Shown here piece after piece: positions 11,930 to 27,520 of a stretch of 64,000 bases of DNA (position 1 is its first letter; each line of letters starts with the position of its first letter). The position numbers were made by a program, and so were the translations under genes. The notes beneath the pieces were generated by a model that was given only the letters and a program-made list of their open reading frames with translations, ran no database searches and had not been told where the DNA came from. This DNA is from Nemertoderma westbladi (lineage: Eukaryota > Animalia > Xenacoelomorpha), in assembly GCA_032718475.1 (NCBI GenBank), contig JAUCBJ010003286.1, positions 1 to 64,000 on the forward strand, read 5' to 3'.

Positions 11930-13100
11930 AGTGTATTTCAACTGGAGATGTCTCAGAGAGGGAGAAGGAGTTTTGCCGAATGTGGTTGATATAGCGAAGA
12001 GGGGAAATATGCGAATGTGGTATATCCCGAGCTAGTTTAGGGCCAATAAATAGAAGCAAAGTGATTGTTTAGTGTATTAGCAATACGTGTTGGATCGGTT
12101 ATAGTTTCAATTTTATCTCCAGTGGAAATAGTAAGTTTCTTAGGTAAGTTTAGTTTGCGCGATTTGTTTAGAGCAGTATTTATTATTACCCATGTTTTAC
12201 GTATGTTGTTAAAGAGTTTTTTTGTAAACTGAGTAGAATAGTAGCGTGTTTGTACAGCACGTGTAGTTGAAGTTAAGCTGTCCCTATATTGCTTGTATTT
12301 AGTGTGGTTAGAATCAGTGGGTTTTTATTATTTATGCGCGGTATAACTTAGTTTTTTTAATGTGCATTTGATTAGGTTGGGGGTCATCCATAGTTTCGAT
12401 GGTATTTTATTGGAAGATATATATTTTTTTGAAACATGTTTTAAACAGAGGCTCGTGAAGTCATCATAAAAGTATCGAATTTATTATAATTTGTTATTGA
12501 TGACGAAGTGTAAGATCATGTATTTGGATCCTTAACATCATGTAAAAAGTCATTTACTCTGAAATTAGTGAAGTCAAAAACTGTACTTTGTTTGGGCTTA
12601 TTGAAATAGCAAGAGTACCGTTGGAAGAGTAGTGAAGCAAGGGTAGTGGTATGAAGTCACAATTAAATTTTGGAAGACACCGGATGTAGAGAATGATGAG
12701 GTAATGTTAGTTATAATATGGTCGATAGTAGTTTTAGAATAAGGTGTTACACGAGTTTTTATTAGGTCTAGGAGGTCGTCGTTAGCAAGAAATGTCTCAG
12801 TTAGAGTTAGAATATTAAATGTTGGTTTGATGGTAAGAAGAAAGTCAGTTAAGTCCGAAATATTAGAATTAAGACTCCTACAGTTCAGATTGAATATAGG
12901 GAGTTCTTTGTAGCAAAAATGAAAATATTTATTTAGTTTATTTCCTTAATCACTTTATTTCTCAGTAATTGAGAAACTAATGGTAATTCTGAAACATTGG
13001 ACAGTTGACATAATATGATATCTAAAAAAAAACAAAGGTGAGTGATCGGGGGGAACCTTGATTTTGATAATATGAGTATATGGAGTTGAGTTGAGGTGAG
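11930..13100 (-). mobile_element. CR1/L2-group LINE, APE endonuclease and linker region
   Basis: Minus translation ~12780-12905 reads IFNLNCRSLNSNISDLTDFLLTIKPTFNILTLTETFL (APE start); TRVTPYSKTTIDHII (APE end) near 12720-12750. Confidence 0.82.
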
Positions 13101-13742
13101 AAACATTAGATCGTGGGATTTGGCCCAAATTGTGGGGGGGGGGGGGGGGGGGTATTTAAATTTATTTCAATTCAATTTAATCCGGCATTTACTGATATAC
13201 TAGGGGGGTAAAGTGCCCCTTACTACTCTTGGAATAGGGTGAAGATGACCAAGGTGTTAGTAACAGTTTAGTCAGATGTTGTCAATATTGATTATATTGG
13301 TTAGATGGTGTTTATTGGTGGATTGATAAGCTACTTCAAATATCACCTCTCTCTCGTCGAGGTGATATTGCAGTACTTTCAAACCCCTATTTTTGTATTT
13401 GACTTATTGGTATTATATTTACACTATCCTCAATGTACTTGAGATAGTTTGCTATATTGAATTAAATATACAAGGTAACCAACCACAAAACCATTCTTTC
13501 ATTGACACTCCTCTGGTAGACTCCAGACTAAACCCTGGACTGGGTTTACAGACAGCGGGAGATTGATTAGACAGGTAGATGTCATCATCTAAGGACATGC
13601 ACAAAAATCGTTAAATGATTTCCAAAGTACGTAGACCGACAGAATCTACTCGCATGCTTGAGCTTGTTGTGTTGTGTAGACTTTGGATCATTCATCCGGA
13701 AGGATGTATGGGCTGTCCGGGATTTGGAAGTCACATAGAAGA

Positions 13743-14318
13743 ATGTAAAAAGTCATTTACTCTGAAATTAGTGAAGTCAAAAACTGTACTTTGTTTGGGC
13801 TTATTGAAATAGCAAGAGAGTACCGTTGGAAGAGTAGTGAAGCAAGGGTAGTGGTATGAAGTCACAATTAAATTTTGGAAGACACCGGATGTAGAGAATG
13901 ATGAGGTAATGTCAGTTATAATATGGTCGATAGTAGTTTTAGAATAAGGTGTTACACGAGTAGGAGTAGATATTAGTGGTAGAAATGATTCCTGGAGTGT
14001 CACCTGTAAGGATGACGTCATAGTTATTATTAGTTAGAGATAGCAGTATAGAATCCAGCTTTGTGAGAAATGTATCAATGTGTACAGGTTCGGGGCGATA
14101 GATAGATTCAATAATTAGAACTTTATTCTGGGGGCGTTTTCATTCTATCCATGCATTTTCTATACCCAATAATTTTAAATCCTTACGTTCTGTAACGTCA
14201 TATTTTGAGTGCACATAAATGGTCGTTCCTCCTCTGTGGAGTCTGCCGAGGGTACGGTTGTCAAGGAATGGGCCATGGTAGTTTGGAATTTTTATTAGGT
14301 CTAGTTGGTCGTCGTTAG
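13743..14318 (-). mobile_element. CR1/L2-group LINE endonuclease fragment (duplicate copy, continues at 15246-15385)
   Basis: ORF 13731-14021 contains PLISTPTRVTPYSKTTIDHIITD. Confidence 0.8.
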
Positions 14319-14322
14319 TTGG

Positions 14323-15245
14323 TCTACGTATGTCCTTAGATCATCATAATGATGATGGGGTGATGATAACTCCACCTACTGGCTCCAGAAGTCGAGGAAA
14401 TCCTGCCAAGTACCTAACTGATCTAGACTTTGCTGATGACTTAGGAGTACTCTCAGAATCACTAGAGGGAGCCCAACGGCTCCTCAGCTCATTAGAACAT
14501 GCTGCTTCTAGTGTTGGTCTTTTTATTAACTCCAGAAAGACCAAAATTTTGACAGTTAACTTTGAAAGTCCTCAGCAAGTCTCTGATCGGATGAGCATAA
14601 GCTCAAAGGATGGTATGCTTGAGCATGTGGATGACTTCTGTTAACTGGGATCATGGATCCGGAAGTCAGGTGAGGACCTTCGAATACGTAAGGGAAAGGC
14701 ATGGGCAGCCTTGAATAGGCTCTCCAGGATTTGGAAGTCACCGAGAATTAATCGGAAACTTAAGGTCCGGTTATTTAGAGCAGCAGTAGTTCCAGTACTC
14801 CTCTATGGGAGTCCATGCTGGGCTCTAACTGCTGAGGACACCAAATCTCTGGATGACACATTCACAAGAATGCTACGCCGGGTTCATTGTGTCAAGTACA
14901 ATGCACACATCTCCAACCAGACACTATATAACATAAGGTGTCTCATTGGTTCCCCCAAGCTTGACACTAGAACAAAATCGCCTCCGCTTTGCAGGACATT
15001 GCTTTCGCCGTGAGGACCAGCTAGTGCATAATCTTGTACTTTGGCAGCCTCATGGAGTGAATAAGCATGGTGGACAGCCCATGACTTTCTTGAGACGCAT
15101 CTTAAAGGACACTGGCCTTGAAGATGCGGATGATCTAGCAAATGTCATGGGTGATAGGGAGTTGTGGCGGTGCAATTTTGTCGATAAGCCGGCACAACAT
15201 TCTTAAAAATGCAGCTGCAATGCAGCATGCCTATCCTAGTAGTAG
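14323..15245 (+). mobile_element. 5'-truncated RTE LINE inserted in the CR1/L2 fragment
   Basis: Near-identical to 5234-6158. The empty site GTCGTCGTTAG^CAAG is visible in copy A at ~12785. Confidence 0.92.
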
Positions 15246-15959
15246 CAAGGAATGTCTCAGTTAGAGTTAGAATATTAAATGTAGGTTTGATGGTAAGAAG
15301 AAAGTCAGTTAAGTCCGAAATATTAGAATTAAGACTCCTACAGTTCAGATTGAATATAGGGAGTTCTTTGTAGCAAAAATGAAAATATATATGGTAATAT
15401 ATATAATATATATATATGGAGTTGAGTTGAGGTGAGAAACATTAGATTGCAGGATTTGGCCCAAATTGTGGGGGGGGGGGGGTATTTAAATTTATTTCAA
15501 TTCAATTTAATCCGGAATTTACTGATATACTAGGGGGGTAAAGTGCCCCTTACTACTCTTGGAATAGGGTGAAGATGACCAAGGTGTTAATAAGTTTAGT
15601 CAGATGTTGTCAATATTGATTAGATGGTGTTTATTGGTGGATTGATTAGCTACTTCAAATATCACCTCTCTCTCGTCGAGGTGATATTGCAGTACTTTCA
15701 AACCCCTATTTTTGTATTTGACTTATTGGTATTATATTTACACTATCCTCAATGTACTTGAGATAGTTTGCTATATTGAATTAAATATACAAGGTAACCA
15801 CAAAACCATTCTTTCATTGACACTCCTCTGGTACACTCCAGACCAAACCCTGGACTGGATTTACCGACAGCAGGACCCCTGGTCGAGACCAGAGTGAGAT
15901 TTATTAGACAGGTAGATGTCATCATCTAAGGACATGCACAAAAATCGTTGAATGATTTC

Positions 15960-16470
15960 CAAAGTACGTAGACCTACAGAATCTACTCGCATGCTTGAGC
16001 TTGTTATGTTGTGTAGACTTTGGATCATTCATCCAGAAGGATGTATGGGCTGTCCGGGATTTGGAAGTCACATAGAAAACATCGGAATCATAAAGTTCGA
16101 TCATTTAGAGCAGCTGTCGAACCAGTACTGGTACATTGAAACCTATGCTGGGCTCAAACTTCCGAGGAAAACAAATTCTCCGGTTTGCATATATACTGTA
16201 CTATAATTAATTGTAATCCGGGTTTATTTTGTCAAGAATAATGCACATATCTTCAGGCAGACCCTATGTAACATCGAGGTGTATCATGGTCCCCCAACCT
16301 TGGTGCTTGAACAGAGCCGCCTCCGCTTTGTAGGACATATCTTTCGACGTGAGGAACTTTCCTTGAACGATCTTGTGTATTAGTGCACTGGCGGCCTTAT
16401 GGACATGGGTTATATGGCGTTGTTATGGCGGCCTAATTTTTCCGATGAGCCGAGCAAACCATTCTTACTT
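15960..16470 (+). mobile_element. Older diverged RTE fragment
   Basis: KVRSFRAAVEPVL at ~16092 and EQSRLRFVGHIFRRE at ~16308 align to the RTE C-terminus. Confidence 0.7.
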
Positions 16471-16943
16471 AACGCAGGTTTGATTACAGATAGAACACTT
16501 TATATTCCTTTCTTTCACCTGTTTTTTTAACCCTTTTTTCCTTTATCATCTGTTGTCGCCGCCCATTGAAGATGTTGTCTTCAAAATATGTTGCTATAAA
16601 ACAATCTCGCATCATTGTGAGTACTCATGACAGGGCAGAGGAACTATAGAAGTATGTCTTTGTGTAGAATGTTATATTTTGATAAACATGTGCACCAAGT
16701 TTGGATACATTTCATCAAAGATTGACCGACATAATAGCGTTCAAACATTTCCAACCACGACAAATACTACGACAGACTGTTCAATAATTATACCACTACG
16801 TTAAGGGTCACCAAGGCTTCGTCGTGGCTCACCTTACCCACACTCCTGATTTCGAATAGGTCATCTATTGCCTAATATATGTGCACATACTGTGTAATAG
16901 AATAATTAATTGCCATTAAACGACCTCATAACCATATGTTACA

Positions 16944-17672
16944 ATGGTGTTTTATCAGATCACATCACTATACTTTCTTTACGTTCTACCATATATAATG
17001 GTTTGTTATGGGGGTGTTACGTGCTATTTCGAAGGAACCGCGAGCTTTACTGCAACTACTGAGGGACTACAACACGCGATGGATGAAAAATTCGCGAATC
17101 TAGCTAATAGCAATCAACAATGGTTAGATGAACAGTGGTTTCACAACAGAACGCCATCATGATATCAGTCGCATCGTGCACAATTGTACCGAATGTGCCA
17201 ATTTGTTCTATCGAAATATCGCTGTACACGATGACACTGGCGATGAGTTCATGATCGAGGGAACAGTGGAAGGGTGCGTCAGGCGATGGTGCTGGCGGCT
17301 TCAACTCTATTTGCTTGGATCTGGGTGAAGACAGGTGTCCAACATTTTTACAACAGTTTGAAAATGGGTTTAAAATCGATCACCAGAGTTTCAAGGACGT
17401 GGAAAACATGCAGGATGACATCGTTCGGGTTCTGATTGCTGTTAGAGATTCCTTTCTTCACGGAGCCACAGTCAAGTACACATCGTGCCAACATGATGTG
17501 TTGTCCTGGTGAGTGTCATACTCCAGTTTGGGGGGTGAATCTAACTACAGCAACTACCGTCAGTGCGGTTGAAGAAACGACAACAGATGAGAAGATTCCA
17601 AGCAGTTCAACCATTGCTACACCGATATTTCCTATGGTTTTGTTGCTGGTAACATTCAATGGAATATTTTAG
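16944..17672 (+). pseudogene. Ly6/uPAR (three-finger)-like secreted, GPI-anchor-type protein interrupted by three frameshifts
   Basis: Joining four consecutive ORFs gives a hydrophobic signal peptide followed by TCY, ten Cys after the signal ending CCPGECHT, a Thr/Ser stalk and a C-terminal hydrophobic tail (PIFPMVLLLVTFNGIF). Confidence 0.6.
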
Positions 17673-18559
17673 AAACATATTTAAAAAAATTGACAAAAAT
17701 CATATACTAAAACATTAAACGTTGTGGTAGGCCTACTTTCGCTCAGTACGAGAGTCTGTTGAAACTGTATTGCCGGTAATAACTATTAGATGTAGCCTAT
17801 GGAAACTGCAAAATGTATTGACAATAATAATATTTATTGTATTATATATGTATGCATAATGTATAATTTATTTTAAAAAACTTTTAAAAGTCCTTCAAAA
17901 GTTTTAAGCGAAGACGAAGTGATATTTAGCGTCTCCTTGCGGTGGATCATTCACAGTGGGACACCAAAATTCCCTAAACTTTCTAAAGTTTATCTCTACT
18001 GGTGTCCAAACCTTGAGCCGGACCTACAGACGGGCAGACAGATGGACATCACCGATTTGGCCCTGTATTAATCTGTATGCTAAGGCTTGCTTCTTTGTTT
18101 CTCGCCACCCACTTAATAACTGTTGAACCACTGCATCATATTTGATAGCAGATCTCATATTCTGGCATCGCGCAATTTCATGGTCTGGCGCTAGGTTGCA
18201 CTAAATATATCTTCATATTAGTCTAACTTTTGGATCAATGCATAAATTTTAACGATATTTTCACAGAATGACCTACTGTATGGAATGTTCCTAATTAAAT
18301 GAGACAGTGTTCATGTACCCCTGTAACAGTAATATATTCTTAGTTTATAATTAACGTAGTTGAATCCATTATGTTTTGCACTGACCAAAAATGCTTGCGG
18401 CCTCAGCCTCTACTTGCAGCTTGTATTATCAACAACTTGGATTTCATATAAACAGTTCTCAATTTCCAATTTATTATTCAAACAACGTCCTACCGTACCG
18501 GTCTCCCCATGATCTCTCCATTCAAACTTCCCGCCAACACTTCTACCCCACTCTCTTAC

Positions 18560-19393
18560 GGTTACAGGACAAGTTGTATCCAGACAAGTTGTATCCAGAC
18601 AAGTTGTATCCAGACAAGTTGTATCCAGACATCTTGTATCCAATTTTCCTGGATACAACTTGTCTTCCAAAAAAAAGGACAAGTTGTATCCCGGCATAAA
18701 AAAATTGCTAAATAATTTCACAGTTGAATTATAAACTATTCTTATAATTTTCATTAATACTGTAGTTAATAAACATAACGGAACCTTTACGGAACCAATA
18801 CAGTGGGGTCGTTTGGTACAAACCCACATTTCAGACCCATCCTTGTTGGTTTTCCGTTTGGAATACATTTTGCCATCATGGCAAAGTTTAGAATTACCGT
18901 GTATAGTTTTTTGATACACGGCCATGGAGTTTTTTGATACAAGGAAGAATGTATTGGTACAATAACTAAAAATTAATTAATTAAAATGTAATTTACAAAT
19001 TGAACATATAATCGAGATCGCTAAAATATTAAACTGTTACTACATGGATTTACAGTTGATATTCATGATGCAGTGTCATTTGTTTGACCTCCTCTACATA
19101 TTCATGATGCAGTGTCATTTGTTTGACCTCCATTACACAATGCTATTAAAGTGAGAAATCCTGATTGGAGAAAGAAAGAAATGCTCTGAACTAATTAATC
19201 GTATAATGTACAGTATTATGATTTATGGATCGCCTAGTTAATTATATTATTCAATAGGATAGAATTACAGTTAATTTACAACGTAAATAAGTTGGATACA
19301 ACATGTACGAAAATCGGGATACAAAATGTCCTTTTGTAAGCTAAGAATAGGAAATTGGATACAACTTGTCTGGATACAACCTGTCCGTTTACC
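18560..19393 (-). mobile_element. MULE deletion derivative with FLYWCH-type transposase N-terminus, 9-bp TSD
   Basis: TSD CTCTCTTAC at 18551-18559 and 19394-19402; 15-mer GACAAGTTGTATCCA subterminal arrays. Minus ORF from 18925 reads MAVYQKTIHGNSKLCHDGKMYSKRKTNKDGSEMWVCTKRPHCIG. Confidence 0.85.
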
Positions 19394-19611
19394 CTCTCTT
19401 ACATACTGACACAATTGTAACCAATCAATCAACAAATCAATCAAGCTGTCACTTTTGTGGACGTGCAGCAACGGACTATGATCACGCAATGAGCTGCGAT
19501 GTTATAACCTTGTTTGGTCTAAAACCAGCTTTACATCTTCAAGCCATCCCCAACTAGCCTTCACCTGACTTAGTAAACTGCCATTTACCTATTTTTAGCA
19601 ATTGATTAGTG

Positions 19612-22152
<2,541 letters not shown>

Positions 22153-22210
22153 AGAGGTCAAGTATATGTGCCGCTATAACTCTGTCAAACTACAGTTAGT
22201 TAGTTCTATT

Positions 22211-24620
22211 CAGGATCCCGACTTATTATTTCGGGATCCCGACTTATAATCTCGGGATCCCGACGTATTATATCAGGATTAATCAGGACTTATTATCTCG
22301 GATTCCCGACTTATTATCTCGGAATCCCGACTTACTATCTCGGGATCCCGACTTATCTCGGGATCCCGACTTATTATCTCGGGATCCCGACTTATAATCT
22401 CGGGATCCCGACTTATTATCTTGGGATCCCGAGTTATTATCTCGGAATCCCTACTTATTATCTCGCAATCCCGACTTATTATCTCGGGATCCCGACTTAT
22501 TATCTCGGGATCCCGACTTATTATCTCGGAATCCCTACTTATTATCTCGGAATCCCGACTTATTATCTCGGATTCCCGACTTATTATCTCGGAATCCAGA
22601 CTTATTATCTCAGGATCCCGACTTATTATCTCAGAATCCCTACTTATTATCTCGGAATCCCGACTTATTATCTCGGATTCCCGACTTATTATCTCGGAAT
22701 CCCGACTTATTATCTCGGGATCCCGACTTATTATCTCGGAATCCCGACTTATTATCTCGGGATCCCGGCTTATTATCTCGGGATCCCGACTTATTATCTC
22801 GGGATCCCGACTTATTATCTCGGGATCCCGACTTATTATCTCGGGATCCCGACTTATTATCTCGGGATCCCGACTTATTATCTCGGGATCCCGACTTATT
22901 ATCTCGGGATCCCGACTTATTATCTCAGGAATCCGACTTTTTATCTCGGAATCCCGACTTACTATCTCGGGATCCCGACTTATTATCTCGGGATCCCGAC
23001 TTATTATCTCGGGATCCCGACTTATTATCTCGGGATCCCGACGTATTATCTCGGGATCCCGACTTATTATCTCGGGATCCCGACTTATTATCTCGGAATC
23101 CCGACTTATTATCTCGGGATCCCGACTTATTATCTCGGAATCCCGACTTATTATCTCGGGAGCCCGACTTACTATCTCGGGATCCCGACTTATTATCTCG
23201 GGATCCCGACGTATTATCTCAGGAACCCGACTTTTTATCTCGGAATCCCGACTTACTATCTCGGGATCCCGACTTATTATCTCGGGATCCCGACTTATTA
23301 TCTCGGGATCCCGACTTATTATCTCGGAATCCCGACTTATTATCTCGGGATCCCGACTTATTATCTCGGAATCCCGACTTATTATCTCGGAATCCCGACT
23401 TATTATCTCGGGATCCCGACTTATTATCTCGGGATCCCGAGTTATTATCTCGGAATCCCGACTTATTATCTCGGAATCCCGACTTATTATCTCGGAATCC
23501 CGACTTACTATCTCGGGATCCCGACTTATTATCTCGGGATCCCGACTTATTATCTCGGGATCCCGACTTATTATCTCGGAATCCGACTTTTTATCTCGGA
23601 ATCCCGACTTACTATCTCGGGATCCCGACTTATTATCTCGGGATTCCGACTTATTATCTCGGAATCCCGACTTATTATCTCGGGATCCCGACTTATTATC
23701 TCGGGATCCCGACTTATTATCTCGGGATCCCGACGTATTATCTCAGGAATCCGACTTTTTATCTCGGAATCCCGACTTACTATCTCGGGATCCCGACTTA
23801 TTATCTCGGGATCCCGACTTATTATCTCGGGATCCCGACTTATTATCTCGGGATCCCGACTTATTATCTCGGGATCCCGACTTATTATCTCGGGATCCCG
23901 ACTTATTATCTCGGAATCCCGACTTATTATCTCGGAATCCCGACTTATTATCTCGGGATTCCGAGTTATTATCTCGGAATCCCGACTTATTATCTCGGAA
24001 TCCCGACTTATTATCTCGGAATCCCGACTTATTATCTCGGAATCCCGACTCATTATCTCGGAATCCCGACTTATTATCTCGGGATCCCGACTTACTATCT
24101 CGGGATCCCGACTTATTATCTCGGGATCCCGACTTATTATCTCGGAATCCCGACTTACTATCTCGGGATCCCGACTTACTATCTCGGGATCCCGACTTAT
24201 TATCTCGGGATCCCGACTTATTATCTCGGGATCCCGACTTACTATCTCGGGATCCCGACTTATTATCTCGGGATCCCGACTTATTATCTCGGGATTCCGA
24301 GTTATTATCTCGGAATCCCTACTTATTATCTCGGGATCCCGACTTATTATCTCGGAATCCCGACTTATTATCTCGGGATCCCGACTTATTATCTCGGAAT
24401 CCCGACTTATTATCTCGGGATCCCGACTTACTATCTCGGGATCCCGACTTATTATCTCGGGATCCCGACTTATTATCTCGGGATCCCGTCTTATTATCTC
24501 GGGATCCCGTCTTATTATCTCGGAATCCCGACTTATTATCTCGGAATCCCAGTTACTATCTCAGGATCCCGACTTATCGGGATCGGACTTATTATCTCGG
24601 ATCCCAGTTACTATCTCGGG
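22211..24620. repeat. 21-bp minisatellite TTATTATCTCGGGATCCCGAC, ~115 copies
   Basis: Directly visible. Each unit contains the 12-bp palindrome TCGGGATCCCGA; a GGAATCCC variant is common. Confidence 0.98.
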
Positions 24621-24910
24621 AAACCGTAACCGGTAATAGTTTTAATTTTGGAGCATTCAGCTGTTATATGCGTCGATTTCCCCTGGAGCGGGTTGGATTT
24701 TTATGGATATTTATTAAAACTAAAGAAATAACTTACATGCTCTATTAAGTTTGCCAAATTTTCTCGTCTACTAAAAATATTTTGACAAGTGTAACAAACT
24801 GATAGCAAGGAACTTGCAACATCTTAGGAAATGTACTATGAATTTTCAACAGGGATATATTATTTAAACTATTATAGTAATAACTAGTAATGTAGTAAAT
24901 AATAAATAGT

Positions 24911-26870
24911 TCACGATTGCGATCCCCCCAATCTAGATAACGCTGGGTAGAAAACCATAGATAAAGCTTCCTCTGTGAGACTCGATGGGAAATCGTCCGA
25001 ACTATCGTAATGATGGACTGGACTTGTCACATAATTTAATTCAACCATTTTCCCTGAACTACGATCAGGTTCATAGGCATATTGATACAAAAATGCTGTT
25101 TTGAAATAATAATTAAAAATAATTAACGGATGGTCAGTGAGGTAGAGTGCGCTTATTACTGTACAAACTGATGAATCAGTGATGATTAACTGACCATTGT
25201 TAAATTTGCTTTTGAACTTTTGAACTATACTTTTGGTACTATTTTTGAGACGTGGTTTGAATAAATAATTACATAGCATGAAATATCTATTTCATCTTTA
25301 TTATCTCTATTTTGTAGTTATAAATGGATTTTTAGGTGTTTCCAATTTGGTGGAATTTCGGCGGATGTTAAAATTTAAGCTTAAACTTTATTTTTCCATG
25401 TTTAACAATCCAAACTTACCGGATAGTATAAGACCTTTCGGATTCCGGGTACGTTGCTGTACCTTGAAGGTCTTTAACAGGTTTGAGGATATTCGCTCAT
25501 TCAAGTTTCCCTTTAGTTAGCAAGGATAGTTCGCGAGAAATCTGCAAGATAAATAGGATATCAAATATCCCCAACAAACAATGGCATAAAAATAATTAAT
25601 TAAATAATGAGAAACAAATAGGCCTACATATACAGTATAAAACGCTTCAATGCAGCTGAAATATAAATATTAAATTGTAATAATTATATCACAATAATGA
25701 TAATATATTTTAATTTTACAAACCTCGTTATTTTGACGATTGGTGGACGACTTATTATTTCGAATTTCTTCCAAACACATATTTACCATTATTAGGTACA
25801 TCTCTGAAGCGTTAAGTATCGTATGAGTCGATACTTTAAGTTGTGACAGTAAGGGCAGTACAGTTGTACAATACATACAGTCATATTTATTAGGTGCACT
25901 GCGTATAAGGCAAAGTGATTTCAACTATTAAACAACAGTTCTGCTTCAGTCAGCCAATCACAATGCTGTTATCATGAAAGTTGGTTCATGGTGAAATTGG
26001 CAGACAGGTATAATAATAAAAAAGTACACTACTATTTAAATATGTTACATCATACTTAAAATAAATGGTGAAAAGAAATACGATCAGTGGTGAAATGGCG
26101 ATTTCAGTGGAATATACAGAATATATATATATATAAATTAATTTTATATATTTATAAAGTATATTTATTATATACAAATATACAGATATTTTTATTTTAT
26201 TTCTGAAATATTTTGAGGCAATATAAATCATTTTAAAGAAATCATTCTAGGTATATCTATTAGATGGAGTGGAACAATTTTGCCACACACCATTTAAATG
26301 AAAAACGTCATTAACATGGTGTATTGAATGCTGTTATTCTTTTAATAAAAATGTAGCAAATTATTCATTTTTTTACAGGGTTGTATAGAGTCTATTAGGA
26401 GAAGTGTTCATTGTCATTGACACAATGACTCGGGGCAGCATTCTTCTATAAGTGCATCCCAAGATTTATAACTTTTGTTGGACACAACTTTGTATAAGGA
26501 CATCATCTTCAATGATGTCCTGGTGGGATCAAAAAGGTGACCTCGAGTTGGAAGTCTGTCGCTCTAACATTCCGCTAGGGGCTCGGGTAAAAGGTAGACC
26601 TGAAAATACTACCGGATACCTTGTAGAGTATGTCCGCAATTTAGTCATCATGGCCTCCCAGCGATTTGGTATCATCTGCAGAAAAGTGTACTGGTTCTAC
26701 TGCTGCTCTAAATAATGCTCTATTAAAGAAAGCTTAGATTAAGTTTTAATTAGAGATTAAATAAAGCTATATTCCATGCTACTCATGTCTCTTACGTATC
26801 TTCTTCACCTGGCTTCAAGCATCTCATAAATATGTTTATCTCATAAGTAGATTGGCAACATTGCAATGCC
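24911..26870 (-). CDS. Putative spliced gene of unknown function (candidate exons ~26796-26869, 25727-25924, 25420-25541, 24911-25095)
   Basis: GC-richer blocks bounded by YAG acceptors and GT donors (TTGCAG|ATT...TCCG|GTAAGT; AATAG|TTG...GAG|GT) with protein-like frames. The model needs a 1-nt fix or an alternative acceptor near 25510; no domain recognised. Confidence 0.35.
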
Positions 26871-27520
26871 TGTATAATAATAATAGGATGTGGATATAAT
26901 CACCTATATTATATATGTACTGTACATGGCGTCCGGAAAATTGCGACCTGGATAATAATTGCTACCCATTATTTTAGATAAATTTGTTGGGTGGTATCGT
27001 CGGCCAGTGTCGGCCACCCCCCCCCCCCCCCCCCTCACTACCTGGAAACCCGTCAGTGTCTGTCGCCCCCTCCCCGGGGGCCCGACATTTTTCTTTTCAC
27101 TACTAAAATTCAAATAAAAATCCTAATTTTGTAACCAAAAAAGGGATGTTTTGTTGTGTCACTAAGATACTAATACTACTGTATCTTGATATGATTAGGT
27201 ACAAACTCTGTCTAGTACTGTAATTTCTGTACCTACAGAAGCCCACCAACACCAACCATTAGAACAACAACAACTATGCTACAGTAGATGTTCGCGGGCC
27301 CTTCTCACAGAACAAAGCAAGCTGTTCACCACTGTTTCAACCTTGCCGAACTGCTGAGTTCCCCCTGCTGAGCAAATGATATTTCAGAATTTTCATAGAC
27401 TACATGATCAAAACAAAAGCTCAAATGCTCAAACACAGCATGATGTAGTGTTTGAGCACCATCCAATGTGTCTGACATTAAACCGCCCTGATCGTCTGCA
27501 AAGTCAAGTCCGCAAGGTCC
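26430..27520 (-). mobile_element. Old RTE LINE fragments (26430-26715 and ~27440-27520)
   Basis: Minus-strand TTATTTAGAGCAGCAGTAG (LFRAAV) and LDFADD...SDTLDGAQTL match the RTE copies. Confidence 0.6.

Larger units (their letters stand above)
12540..16078 (+). repeat. Tandem segmental duplication (copy A 12540-13740, copy B 13743-16078)
   Basis: Both copies start TGTAAAAAGTCATTTACTCTG and end GGAAGTCACATAGAA. Copy B retains ~330 bp of endonuclease sequence (13960-14290) missing in A and carries an RTE insertion. Confidence 0.88.

Noticed and set aside
22421-24748. 775-aa ORF of SRLIISG/LLSRDPD repeats
   Set aside because: Product of the 21-bp satellite; the frame changes mid-array and no real domain is present.
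25495-25505. In-frame TGA as selenocysteine or readthrough in the putative minus-strand exon
   Set aside because: Reading through gives the wrong phase for the next exon; a frameshift or alternative acceptor fits better.
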